Below, in pieces: positions 18,946 to 28,376 of a stretch of 64,000 nt of DNA. Source of the DNA: a virus; the IMG/VR virus record IMGVR_UViG_3300028590_000009, positions 1 to 64,000 of that record. One strand, given 5' to 3'. A model generated the notes under the pieces. That model was given only the letters and a program-made list of their open reading frames with translations. It had not been told where the DNA came from and did no database searches. Position numbers and translations under genes: made by a program. Numbering within the stretch: the first letter of the stretch is position 1; each line of letters opens with the position of its first letter.

Positions 18946-19280
18946 AGCACTTCGAGACGCGTTACGGCGGCGGGGTCGGGCAAGAGCAAGTCGGCATCGA
19001 TCCTCGCCTCGAAGCGTTCTGGTTGGCGCTGTTCGATTCCGAACCTGACGATCTTGTGTTCGACCTGGATACCGCCGAGCGCGCTATTCCGAAGATCGAC
19101 GCTGCGATCAACCGTTTGAACCATGACCCAGACTCTTTGAGGCCATTGCTGCCCGAAGGCGTCAAGGGCGGCCTGATCCGTCGGCGCCAAGTTCTGGAGC
19201 AGATGCGGGCAACTCTCGCCGATCATCCTGACGCCTCTATCAGCGGCCCTCTGGAGCGCGATGTTCCTGCTGCGCCGTAA
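18942..19280 (+). CDS. hypothetical protein
   Basis: ATGA-coupled ORF inside the tail block. Confidence 0.55.
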   Translation: MKHFETRYGGGVGQEQVGIDPRLEAFWLALFDSEPDDLVFDLDTAERAIPKIDAAINRLNHDPDSLRPLLPEGVKGGLIRRRQVLEQMRATLADHPDASISGPLERDVPAAP

Positions 19281-20493
19281 CCTGCCGTACGCCTGGGCGG
19301 GATTCCGCGACGATTTCAACACCTACCCGGTCGGCCCGGTCCAACGCCCGTGGGTCCATCTAGGCGACGGCTCACCAGCCGATATCAATTCATCCGGCGA
19401 AATGCGCTTGACCAACAACTTCCTCACCGCGAATGGCGGCGGGGAGTCCTACGAGTTCCAGCCTTTCACCCCGAATTTCGGCCTCGAATACGAGGTGTGG
19501 TATCCAGTTTCGGGCGTGGCTTCACAGTCGTTCGGCATGTTCTTCACCGACTCGTGGGCGACTATCGGTGCGGCGTTCATCAACTGCACTGGCGTCCGTT
19601 TGATCCACTCCGCGATCAGCGATGAAGTGGCCGTGCACGAATTCGCCAACATGTGGACCTCGGCTGGTGTACGCGCGTCCTATCCATCACCGGTCACATT
19701 CAACGGAACCGCATTGCATGTGAGGGTCTGGATCGAGGGTGACATATGGATGCGCATCTGGTTGAACGACATATATCTCGGTAGCTGCATGATCAGCCCG
19801 GGTTACAAACTCGGCCCGGGTCGACGCTGCCCTCGGTTCGTGAATCCGTCCCTTTGCGATGCGTGGGTGCGGTGGGTCGACAACTATGACCGCCCGCCGT
19901 CTGTGCCGCCGATCAATGTGTGGTCCTCGATCCTTTATGACGACTTCAATCGCGCGAATGGCGCGGTCGGTTCGCCGTGGACTCAATTGGGCGCGAACGC
20001 AGGCATCGTCAGCAACTCGTGGTCGACAACACTCACCACCGACGGCTCTCGCGGCCTGCTCTGGGATACGAGCCTGACCGGGGGGAAAGTCCGTGTCGAA
20101 GCAACAGTCGGCGGCAATATCGGACCCGCCACCAACTCTGCATCGAGCCTGATCGTCTGCTCTAACGGCGCGGGAACCCAAGGCTTGTGCGCCAATATTT
20201 TTTCGGGTGCCGTCTACCTTTCCCGATTCTCTACCGCTATCAGTGGAACGCCGACAATGACCGACTTTCAGGCATTGACGAGCGGCGTATCTATTGCCTC
20301 TGGGGACAAGCTCGCATTCTGTGTCTACAACGGCATCATCTACCTCGAAAAAAACGGGGCACCGATCGTTTATTCGGGCAACGCTCACGGCACGGTTCCC
20401 GCCTCCAACACTTACGCCGGTCTCCGCGTCGGCCGTACCAGCGGCACGAATTCCAACAGCTGGAATGACGTGCGCATCTACTCAGGCATCTGA
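19261..20493 (+). CDS. minor tail protein with tandem lectin/beta-sandwich domains
   Basis: Two F/Y-x-DDFN repeats; aromatic, beta-rich. Confidence 0.7.
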   Translation: MFLLRRNLPYAWAGFRDDFNTYPVGPVQRPWVHLGDGSPADINSSGEMRLTNNFLTANGGGESYEFQPFTPNFGLEYEVWYPVSGVASQSFGMFFTDSWATIGAAFINCTGVRLIHSAISDEVAVHEFANMWTSAGVRASYPSPVTFNGTALHVRVWIEGDIWMRIWLNDIYLGSCMISPGYKLGPGRRCPRFVNPSLCDAWVRWVDNYDRPPSVPPINVWSSILYDDFNRANGAVGSPWTQLGANAGIVSNSWSTTLTTDGSRGLLWDTSLTGGKVRVEATVGGNIGPATNSASSLIVCSNGAGTQGLCANIFSGAVYLSRFSTAISGTPTMTDFQALTSGVSIASGDKLAFCVYNGIIYLEKNGAPIVYSGNAHGTVPASNTYAGLRVGRTSGTNSNSWNDVRIYSGI

Positions 20494-20512
20494 CGCCTGC
20501 CAGGGGGTTCCT

Positions 20513-20821
20513 ATGACGATCGGATTCGAACCGATCACAGAAACTCTTGTCCTGGTCGACGGACAGGATTTCGTTCACGACATTTTCCCGCCTGCGGGTG
20601 AGGAAATCCCGGCCGCGACAACCGCCGACCTCAAATTCTATGACCCTTCCGGTGATGTTTCAGCCACGTGGTCGGCGTCGGTTTCGTCTGCGGCTATCGC
20701 ATGGAATGTGTCTTCGGCATTGGCCGACACTATCGCAATCCCCTCCAGCTTCCGCATTTACGTCCATTACTCGGATGGCGCGGATTTCTGCTGGTTTCAG
20801 GGCCAGGTCACTCGGCCTTAA
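20513..20821 (+). CDS. small tail-associated protein
   Basis: IGFEPI..TLVL..GQDF and WFQGQVTR pattern. Confidence 0.65.
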   Translation: MTIGFEPITETLVLVDGQDFVHDIFPPAGEEIPAATTADLKFYDPSGDVSATWSASVSSAAIAWNVSSALADTIAIPSSFRIYVHYSDGADFCWFQGQVTRP

Positions 20822-20833
20822 GGAGCACAAACA

Positions 20834-21187
20834 ATGGCAATTGCAACTGATGCAACCAGGCAGGTTTTGGCGGACGCCTACAAGGGCCTGAATGGCGGCT
20901 CGACGATTTATGTCAGCCTGCATACGGCGGATCCGGGCACTACCGGTACCAGCGAGGCGACTGGCGGTTCGTACGCACGCGTTCAGGGCACTTGGACGTC
21001 GGGCACCACGGGCACGCTGTCCATGGCTGAACTGACCTTCAACGCCGCGGCTGGCACCTACACCCACGTCGGCCTGTGGTCGTCTTCGTCTTCGGGCACG
21101 TTCCGTGACAAGTGCGCTCTGTCCCCGAACATCACGTTGAGTGCCACTGGCACGATCAAGGTGACCCCCAGCTTCACCCAGAGCTGA
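20834..21187 (+). CDS. tail fibre-associated protein
   Basis: YVSLHTADPGTTGTSEATGGSYAR and THVGLWS motifs. Confidence 0.8.
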   Translation: MAIATDATRQVLADAYKGLNGGSTIYVSLHTADPGTTGTSEATGGSYARVQGTWTSGTTGTLSMAELTFNAAAGTYTHVGLWSSSSSGTFRDKCALSPNITLSATGTIKVTPSFTQS

Positions 21188-21189
21188 TC

Positions 21190-22713
21190 ATGGTCGCGCT
21201 CCCACAGCGGCAGTCCACGACTGCATCGCGTCCGGCGCGCACCACGGTCACGATCCCGCGACGGTTCCTGTACTCCCCGCCTCCGGTCGCTCACTGGTCC
21301 GGTGTGGGCACTCTCGCCGCGACAGCTGTGCCGCGAGCGCTCGCCCTGTTCACTGGTTCGGGTTCGGTTTCGGCTGCGGGTGGTGGCGTCGCTACTGCTG
21401 GCTTCACAGGCTCGGGTGAACTGTTCGCGTTCGTCGGCGATCCGCAAACGGGCGCGGCGTTCACGGGCGAGGGTGTGTTGTCGGCGACTGCGAAAGCGGT
21501 TGCTACAGCGGCATTCACTGGCTCAGGTAGCGCGTCTGCCTCCTCTGCGGGTGTCGGTTCCGCTGGGTTCTCCAGCGTCGGCACCGTTTCCGCGAGTGGT
21601 GCGGGTGCGGCTACGGCCGGGTTCACTGCTTCGGGTCTCGTTGCCGCGACTGGAGCGCCATCGGTCAGTGCAGCGTTCACCGGTAGCGGCACGCTGACAG
21701 CTTCGGGCGTCCAAGCCGCTACGGCGGCATTCACAAGCTCTGGGGCATTGTCGGCTACGGCTGTCGGTGTCGCTACGGCCGGATTCACGTCCAGCGGTAC
21801 AGCATCGGCCACGGGTTCACCGCAAGCCAATGCAGGCTTCACGGGCGCTGGCACGTTGGCTGCGTTCACGAACTCGACTTCGGCCCCGTTCACGAACAAC
21901 GGCAACCTTGCCGCGGTTGGTGCAGGCGGCGCGACGGGTCCGTTCACGAACTCGGGTGTCCTCGCTGCGGTCGGTTCGCCTCGCGTGACTCCAGGCTTCA
22001 CGAGCACGGGCACGCTATCGGCTACAGCGGTCGCTATCGCCAACGCACCGTTCACGAGTGCAGGCACCCTCGCCGCTCCTGGTTCACCCCAAGCGGCTGC
22101 GGGATTCACCAACAACGGCAACCTCGCTGCTGCTGGTTCTCCTCGCGGTTTGGCCGGGTTCACGAACACGGGCGATCTGGCGGCTTCGGGCGCGGGTCGT
22201 GGCACGGCAGCGTTCACCGGTTCGGCAACGGTCTCCGCGACTGGTGCTGGCGCAGGCAACGCGGCGTTCACGGGTTCGGGTTCGCTCAGCGCGTCGGGCA
22301 GTTCGACGTCGTTGTCTGCGATGGGCATGGACAAGTCCGGGACGATGGCTATCGCGTCCGATCAGACGGCCACGGTTACGGGTTGGACAGCACGGTCGGG
22401 CTACAGCGCGACGGTCATCACCAGCAATGCGTTGATGCCCGATGGTGGCGGTTCGGTCACGGTGCAGTGCAAGCTCACCTTGTCCTCGGCGTGGTTCTCC
22501 GGCACGGCGCTTGTTGTTCGTGTGATGAAGAACGGCTCCCAGATCGCGTCGAGCACGATCCCGTTCAACTCGGCGAGTGTGACGTTCAGTCCGATCTCGG
22601 CGACGCTCACGAACGGCGATGCACTCACTGTGCAGTTCACGAGCCCGTTCGGTGCTTCGGGAACGATCAACGCTGGCAGCACGTCCACTTATCTCTACTA
22701 CGACCTGGTCTGA
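21190..22713 (+). CDS. Gly/Ala/Thr-rich repeat tail fibre / receptor-binding protein
   Basis: Many ~19-20-aa A-x-F-T-x-x-G-x-[LVA] repeats, then a C-terminal beta domain (MGMDKSG..GWTARSGY). Confidence 0.75.
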   Translation: MVALPQRQSTTASRPARTTVTIPRRFLYSPPPVAHWSGVGTLAATAVPRALALFTGSGSVSAAGGGVATAGFTGSGELFAFVGDPQTGAAFTGEGVLSATAKAVATAAFTGSGSASASSAGVGSAGFSSVGTVSASGAGAATAGFTASGLVAATGAPSVSAAFTGSGTLTASGVQAATAAFTSSGALSATAVGVATAGFTSSGTASATGSPQANAGFTGAGTLAAFTNSTSAPFTNNGNLAAVGAGGATGPFTNSGVLAAVGSPRVTPGFTSTGTLSATAVAIANAPFTSAGTLAAPGSPQAAAGFTNNGNLAAAGSPRGLAGFTNTGDLAASGAGRGTAAFTGSATVSATGAGAGNAAFTGSGSLSASGSSTSLSAMGMDKSGTMAIASDQTATVTGWTARSGYSATVITSNALMPDGGGSVTVQCKLTLSSAWFSGTALVVRVMKNGSQIASSTIPFNSASVTFSPISATLTNGDALTVQFTSPFGASGTINAGSTSTYLYYDLV

Positions 22714-22726
22714 CCAGGCAGGCATC

Positions 22727-22761
22727 TCGGCCCCTCGACCTTCGGGTTGGGGGGCCGATTT
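22727..22761 (+). terminator. terminator closing the late operon
   Basis: TCGGCCCCTCGACC-TTCG-GGTTGGGGGGCCGA followed by TTT. Confidence 0.75.
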
Positions 22762-22779
22762 CGTCGTCTCTAGGCGCGG

Positions 22780-22888
22780 ACAGGAAGGGCGTTCCGACGG
22801 CGTTCGAACGCTCGCGGGGAAGGGGTAAGGGAAGGGGTTATCTCTCGTTACGTCGTACTTACGTTTTCTTAGATGACGCGCGCGCGAG
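22780..22888 (+). repeat. non-coding copy of the rep-internal iteron/origin-like segment (43374-43490)
   Basis: Shares the 11-bp iteron-like units, GGGGAAGGGG(n)3GGGAAGGGGTTATCTC, an AT-rich tract and GATGACGCGCGCG. Confidence 0.85.
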
Positions 22889-22905
22889 TGCGCGAGTGTA
22901 CATCC

Positions 22906-22932
22906 TGAACCAGAGTGTGTGATGTAAACTGA
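22906..22932 (+). promoter_or_regulatory. phage promoter/operator motif, leaderless geometry
   Basis: TGAAC-ca-GAGTG-N7-TAAACTGA; ATG 7 nt after the TAAACT hexamer. Confidence 0.7.
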
Positions 22933-22936
22933 TGGA

Positions 22937-23596
22937 ATGACGACGAGCCTTCGCACTCCATCTCGTTACAGCGCCTACGAGCGACTTCGGATTGACGAGC
23001 CGATCGTGCGTGGCATCGAACAGCACCTGTACATCGTCGAACTCGTCGGCGTTGGAGTGAAAGTCGGAATCACCATCAATCCGAAAGCGCGGATTGCGAC
23101 GCATCGTAGGGATGCGGCGGCGTACAAGCGCGAGGTTGGTCGACTGTATATTTCGATCCCCCATATCGAGGCGAGGGAGAATGAGCGCCGCTTGATCGCG
23201 TTGGGGGATGGTCGACGCGAGTACATGGATGTCGACTATGAACGGGCGCTGGACCTCGCGGGCCAGCTGCCGCGCACTCGCGCGACTCGTCAGCAGTCCG
23301 AATTGCTGAAGCCTGTCGAGCAGCCTGAATCGCAGTGGGAGTATTCGATCGAGGCTGCGGCGCAAGAGTTGCAGGGGGTGGGTTACATGACTGGCAGGAA
23401 GCGTTTGACGAAGCTCATGTGGTCTCTGGGCTGGCTGCGGCGGGCGCGGCAGGGAGGCGTTCGACCGACTCGGGATGCGATCCGGGATGGGTTTCTGATC
23501 TATGCGCCTGCGGATGATTCGAGCCCGTTTGAGGTTTGGGTGACAGAGTCCGGGTTGGCTCATTTGGCGGCGCTGTTCGAGCGAGCGGCGGCGTAG
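22937..23596 (+). CDS. GIY-YIG/T5orf172-like domain fused to KilA-C (antirepressor) domain
   Basis: LYIVE...VKVGITINPKARI; C-terminal TGRKRL...GWL...PT..AI..G...VTESGL. Confidence 0.65.
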   Translation: MTTSLRTPSRYSAYERLRIDEPIVRGIEQHLYIVELVGVGVKVGITINPKARIATHRRDAAAYKREVGRLYISIPHIEARENERRLIALGDGRREYMDVDYERALDLAGQLPRTRATRQQSELLKPVEQPESQWEYSIEAAAQELQGVGYMTGRKRLTKLMWSLGWLRRARQGGVRPTRDAIRDGFLIYAPADDSSPFEVWVTESGLAHLAALFERAAA

Positions 23597-23622
23597 TCGT
23601 GCCGTTGATTGTGTTTGAATCC

Positions 23623-23649
23623 TGAACTTGAGTGCATGCGATAGACTGA
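23623..23649 (+). promoter_or_regulatory. phage promoter/operator motif, leaderless geometry
   Basis: TGAAC-tt-GAGTG-N7-TAGACTGA; ATG at 23654, 7 nt after TAGACT. Confidence 0.7.
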
Positions 23650-23653
23650 ATGC

Positions 23654-25346
23654 ATGAAGAATCCCGATCGTATGTCGTCGAGTTGGGCGCGGGCCATCTT
23701 GAGCGGGTTGCAGCGTCTCCCGCACGTCTATCAGGGCACGGTGCCTGCTGATGTGGTGCAGGCGCGGCGTGTGAAGGGTCGTGCGGCCCGCAAGGCGCGA
23801 CGGGAGCAGCGGCGGTGAGCGACTACATCCGCTTCATCGAAACCTGCGATCACGAGGGCGAGCGTTGGGCGTTCTGGCTCCAACGCGACGGCAACGAAGC
23901 AGCCCTCAACGAACTCGTCGAGATCATCAGTGCCGCCGAGGATGCGGCGACCGTAGCCGAGGGCTACTGGGAGCCTGCATATCAACTTCTCGGCGATATC
24001 GAACCCGAGGCAGTTGTCGACAAGCTGGTCGAGTACGCCGAGTCCGGTTACATGGATGACGTCAACAAGGTTGACGGGCGACTCGATGTGACCGGGTTGC
24101 GTAATCGGGACTGGGAGTCCGTCTTCGACCTGCTCTACAAGGGCGGCATCAAAGCGTTCTTCGAGGTGGCGGAATGAGCTACCACTCTGGCCGTCACTGG
24201 CCGCCGACGACAACGATCGAGGATGAGTGCCCGTGTCCGCAGGAGGCATGCGGGTTGGTGGACCTTCAGCGTGCCGTCCCAGAATGCGAACACCATCCAC
24301 TCAATCGGTGCAAGTCGATGCGGCAAGGTCATCGCGCGCAGGACTGCCCGGGGGAGCGTGCAGCATGACCGACTTCAACTTCACTCCACCCGAGCTGGAT
24401 TCGATGCGTGCAGCAGTCGCGATCTTGCGTGCAGCCGACCGCGAGAACGTCACCGCTATCGAACTGCTCGTCAACGGCGGGGACGCGCTGGAAATCGTGC
24501 AGTCCCTCGCCGCACTCACGCTCTCGATCACGAAGTTCATCGGCATGGACGTGCAGGACTTCACGGCGTTCGTCGCCAAGGACATCACCCGCATGGAAAG
24601 CGAGCGCGCCGCATGACGTATGAGTGGCATGTGTTCCGCGAGTACGGCGTCCGTTACTGGCTGGCGTGGCATCTGGTCCGCATCGCGCATCGAGTGAAGG
24701 ACACGACGTTCCATCAGGTGATCCGCATCGCGGATGGGTCTGCGGTCATGATCGAGGCGGATACGTGGGGTGCGGGTGTGACTTCCGCTTACGGCGTGTG
24801 CACAGACGTGCAGGACGCGGATGGCTGGCCTGAACTGCGCGACTTCGATGACTTCGATGAAGCCCTCGACTGGATGCACGAGGGTCACAATGTCTGATCG
24901 CATCTCCGACGCCCAACTGACCGAGTGGGTTGAGCGGTCCAGCTACCCGGATGCTGACGATGCTCACGCGATGGTGGATGAGCTGGTGTATCTGCGGGTG
25001 CTGCTCGCCGACTTCATTGATCCCGATCCGTGCTGGTTCGACCATCACGGCGGTTGTCAGGCGCACGGCTATCTGACGTTGGAACCAGGCGAGATGTGCC
25101 CGCAGGCTGAGGCTCGGCGCTACCTGGATGAGGTGAAAGACCATGGCTGAACACGAAGCCCTCACCCGCCTGCTGTCCGCGCATCAACCGAGGGGTCGCA
25201 TCTGCATCGGCTGCACCGGCTGCCCTGATGTCGAGTTCATGACCAGCGTTGACCACGCCGAGCATGTGGCCGAGTTGATCACCGCGGAGTTCATCGTCAC
25301 CCCGAAGTCGGCAAAGAATGCGCGCGAAGCGCAGACGGGATTCTGA
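23654..25346 (+). CDS. operon of seven small hypothetical proteins
   Basis: Coupled ORFs 23654-23818, 23815-24177, 24174-24368, 24365-24616, 24613-24897, 24890-25150, 25143-25346. Confidence 0.65.
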
Positions 25347-25347
25347 A

Positions 25348-26520
25348 ATGAAGTCACTCGAAAACGGCAAACTGCTGTCCTGGGCAACCGAGATCGACGA
25401 AGCCACGATTAAGCAGGCAACCGCCCTGACCAGGCTCCCGTTCGTGCATCCGCACGTAGCATTGATGCCCGACGCCCATGCAGGCAAAGGTTCTAGCGTC
25501 GGCACAGTGATTCCGACCGTCGGCGCGGTCATCCCCGCTGCGGTCGGCGTCGACATCGGGTGCGGGATGGTGGCCGTCGAAACGGATATTCGCGACACCG
25601 ATCTCTTGGGCAAAGATCTCTCGACACTCCGGGAGCGCATCGAACAGGCCATCCCGCTGTCGCCAGGCAACTACAACTCCAGGATCAACCGCGATTCGGC
25701 GCAGGAAAGCATCGACAAGCTTGAGCGAATCGCAGCCATCAACTCGGTGGATCTCTCGCACTCGCCGAAGTGGCGCGAACAGTTGGGCTCGCTCGGCGGC
25801 GGTAACCACTTCATCGAACTCTGCGTGGACAAAGCAGGCTGGGTGTGGCTGTTCTTGCACTCCGGGTCGCGCGGCGTCGGCAACAAGATCGCTCAGAAGC
25901 ACATCAAGATCGCGCAGTCGTGGTGCGCTGAGAACGGCATCGAACTGGAAGACAGAGACCACGCCTACCTGTCCGATGCGACATACGAGTTCCAGGACTA
26001 CATGTCAGAGCTTCGATGGGCGCAGAAGTTCGCCAGGCTGAACCGAGACGAGATGATGGATCGGTTCATGGACGTGTTCGAAGACTGGCTCGGCTGGGCA
26101 GTGGTCGCATGCAATCGGATCAATACACACCACAACTACACCGAGCAGGTCGATTTCGACAAGACGTCGGTCTGGCTGACGCGCAAGGGCGCAATCGATG
26201 CCTCCCTGGGCGTTTGGGGGCTCATCCCCGGTTCAATGGGTACCGGGTCGTATGTGGTTCAGGGTAAGGGCAATTCGCAGGCGCTGTACTCGGCCCCGCA
26301 CGGCGCTGGGCGTCGATTCTCTCGCACGCAGGCTCGAAAGACCTTTACCGCCGAAGATCTCGCGGCGCGCATGACCGGTATCGAGTACCGTCACGGCGAA
26401 GAGTGGATTGACGAGATCCCGGACGCATACAAGCCGATCACGGAAGTGATGGAAGCGTCAGCCGACCTGGTTGAGGTCAAGCATGAGCTTCGTCAGATCT
26501 TGAACGTGAAGGGTACCTGA
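25348..26520 (+). CDS. rtcB: RtcB family RNA ligase
   Basis: MPDAHAGKG, VGVDIGCGM, GSLGGGNHFIE, HSGSRG, HHNY, RKGA, IPGSMG, HGAGR, DEIPDAYK, KG C-terminus. Confidence 0.97.
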   Translation: MKSLENGKLLSWATEIDEATIKQATALTRLPFVHPHVALMPDAHAGKGSSVGTVIPTVGAVIPAAVGVDIGCGMVAVETDIRDTDLLGKDLSTLRERIEQAIPLSPGNYNSRINRDSAQESIDKLERIAAINSVDLSHSPKWREQLGSLGGGNHFIELCVDKAGWVWLFLHSGSRGVGNKIAQKHIKIAQSWCAENGIELEDRDHAYLSDATYEFQDYMSELRWAQKFARLNRDEMMDRFMDVFEDWLGWAVVACNRINTHHNYTEQVDFDKTSVWLTRKGAIDASLGVWGLIPGSMGTGSYVVQGKGNSQALYSAPHGAGRRFSRTQARKTFTAEDLAARMTGIEYRHGEEWIDEIPDAYKPITEVMEASADLVEVKHELRQILNVKGT

Positions 26521-26544
26521 AGCTACGGAACCGCCCGAACGCCG

Positions 26545-26578
26545 GATGCCCGACCAGGATTCGTCCCGGTCGGGCATC
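26545..26578. terminator. hairpin between convergent rtcB and the leftward cassette
   Basis: GATGCCCGACC...GGTCGGGCATC stem. Confidence 0.65.
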
Positions 26579-26582
26579 GTGC

Positions 26583-26948
26583 TCACTGAGGCGGCACGCG
26601 TACCGCGTCGGACCACACTGTTCCATTCCACCAACGCTGGCTACCTGAACCGTGTGGATCCATGTACCAGCCTGGGGGAGGAGCGACACCCGCAGTCGCC
26701 ATCGTCGGCGCGGATGTCCTGCGCACCAGATAGAACAGCAGCCACCCGAACGCGATGACCACACCGACCGGGATCGCCAACGCCACCAGAAAGACCGGTC
26801 CAGCACCCGCCATGTCGAAGCCCAGAACGTTCATGCCCACATAGATCAGGATGTACAGGACCACAGAAGCGCCAGCGCAGACGACCGCTTGAAGCCATGC
26901 GGGTGTAGGGCCAGCAGGCGGTTTGACCTGACCCTGCGGCGACTGCAT
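26583..26948 (-). CDS. membrane protein with C-terminal DUF2510-like domain
   Basis: Two TM segments, then PPGWYMDPHGSGSQRWWNGTVWS. Confidence 0.8.
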   Translation of the reverse strand: MQSPQGQVKPPAGPTPAWLQAVVCAGASVVLYILIYVGMNVLGFDMAGAGPVFLVALAIPVGVVIAFGWLLFYLVRRTSAPTMATAGVAPPPGWYMDPHGSGSQRWWNGTVWSDAVRVPPQ

Positions 26949-27688
26949 CACCGCAAAGCGACCTTCGCCCCGCCAGAGAACATCGAATCGTGTAGCTCCA
27001 ACGTCGTTGGCACCGTCCCCGCGGGCACATCGAACACCAGAGCAACCTGGATCTTGAAGCCCGGATTCAAATCCGACTCCCAATCCTCAGAACCCAACGC
27101 CCGCACAGCCGAAGAGTCATTCGCGAACTCACGGCCCTGCTCATCAATCAACGTCTGATTGCTATCGAAATAGGATTGCGGCTTGTTGCCCGTGTTGGTG
27201 ATGTCCATGCGGATCACGATGAACTCACCCTTTGCGGTCACCGCCCGATAGCCGGATCCGAGCGCCGTAACAGGCGTTTCGACCGAGGTGACCTGGAACT
27301 CGAACTTGCCGTCACGCACCGCCGAACCAGGGGCTGCAACATTCTTGCCACGCGACGGCGCCTGACTGGTCGGGGCGGCAGGTGCGGGCGCTTGCGGCGC
27401 ACCCGGGGCGGCGACAGCCGCGATGGACGTCAGTGTCGTCGTCGATGCCGCATCTTTGGGATCGGAGTTGCTGGCAAGCCCCGCGATGCCCAAGCAGCCA
27501 CCGCACAGCAGGATCGGCACACCGATGATGATGAACGGCCAAACGGGCGTCTTTTTCTTCGGGGGACGCGGCGGATACTGGCCCGCCATCGGTTGACCGT
27601 AGGGCGGCGGCTGAACCGGGTAACCAGGCTGTGTCCCGTAAGGCTGTTGAGGCCCGTTAGGTGGTGGTTGCTGCGGCGGATAGGTCAC
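26948..27688 (-). CDS. DUF4352-like membrane-anchored protein
   Basis: Pro/Gln-rich N-terminus, TM, then VRDGKFEFQV...NPG...LVFDVP...LELHDSMFSGG. Confidence 0.85.
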   Translation of the reverse strand: MTYPPQQPPPNGPQQPYGTQPGYPVQPPPYGQPMAGQYPPRPPKKKTPVWPFIIIGVPILLCGGCLGIAGLASNSDPKDAASTTTLTSIAAVAAPGAPQAPAPAAPTSQAPSRGKNVAAPGSAVRDGKFEFQVTSVETPVTALGSGYRAVTAKGEFIVIRMDITNTGNKPQSYFDSNQTLIDEQGREFANDSSAVRALGSEDWESDLNPGFKIQVALVFDVPAGTVPTTLELHDSMFSGGAKVALR

Positions 27689-27778
27689 GGATTCCCCTGC
27701 TGTGTTCGAGTTGATGTCATCAACCAATCGGTGTGGTCGATGACACGTTACGGATGCCCACTATTGGGTATTGGGCGG

Positions 27779-27979
27779 TCAGCGTAACCGTTCGTCGGGG
27801 TACTCGGCGCGGCCCGCCGCGATAAACGCTTTCCGGCCCGCCCACATCCGCTCGAACACCGGGCCTGCTGTAGGTTCGCCCGCGTTGTTCCATGCCGTCA
27901 ACGCGGCCCTCCACTCATTGAGCGCGAGACGATACGAGTCCCTGTGTGGATGGATACGGATCACCTTCGCCGCGGTCAC
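27779..27979 (-). CDS. small hypothetical protein
   Basis: Coupled to the upstream leftward ORF. Confidence 0.5.
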   Translation of the reverse strand: MTAAKVIRIHPHRDSYRLALNEWRAALTAWNNAGEPTAGPVFERMWAGRKAFIAAGRAEYPDERLR

Positions 27980-28146
27980 GTCGACACCCGCTCCAACGCG
28001 CGGATCTCATCCAGGAACTCAGTCGCCCGACGCTTGCGGGGACACTCGTCGATGTCGCACGCATCGTGGATCCGCAGAATCCCTTCCGCGCGCCTCTGAT
28101 ACAGCGGCACAATGTTCGAGACTTCACAGTTGTCGTTGATGATCAT
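27976..28146 (-). CDS. small H-x2-C-x4-C-x-RK protein
   Basis: HDACDIDECPRK; start overlaps the upstream stop. Confidence 0.6.
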   Translation of the reverse strand: MIINDNCEVSNIVPLYQRRAEGILRIHDACDIDECPRKRRATEFLDEIRALERVST

Positions 28147-28376
28147 GATGTCCTGCTCGCATCGGGTTGGATCTTGCCCGCAGCCACGAGCGTGTTGAAC
28201 GCGGCACCTTTCCGGGCGCATTCGTCACGTCGACATCCCTTGTGCCGCTGCATCGCCTGATGGGCTTCGGGGATGGTGAGTTTCTGTTCGGGTGCTTCGT
28301 GCGGCCACTGCTCAGGCCAGTACACGGTGTCGAACTGTTCTTCGTCTCCGACGACGCGGATACCCCAACTGTTCAT
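28143..28376 (-). CDS. small H-x2-C-x4-C-x-RK protein
   Basis: AHQAMQRHKGCRRDECARK; divergent from the XRE gene. Confidence 0.7.
   Translation of the reverse strand: MNSWGIRVVGDEEQFDTVYWPEQWPHEAPEQKLTIPEAHQAMQRHKGCRRDECARKGAAFNTLVAAGKIQPDASRTS

Noticed and set aside
21290-22310. CRISPR array or DGR variable region in the repeat-rich tail gene
   Set aside because: The repeats are degenerate, in frame and protein-level; no spacers, cas genes, reverse transcriptase or template repeat seen.
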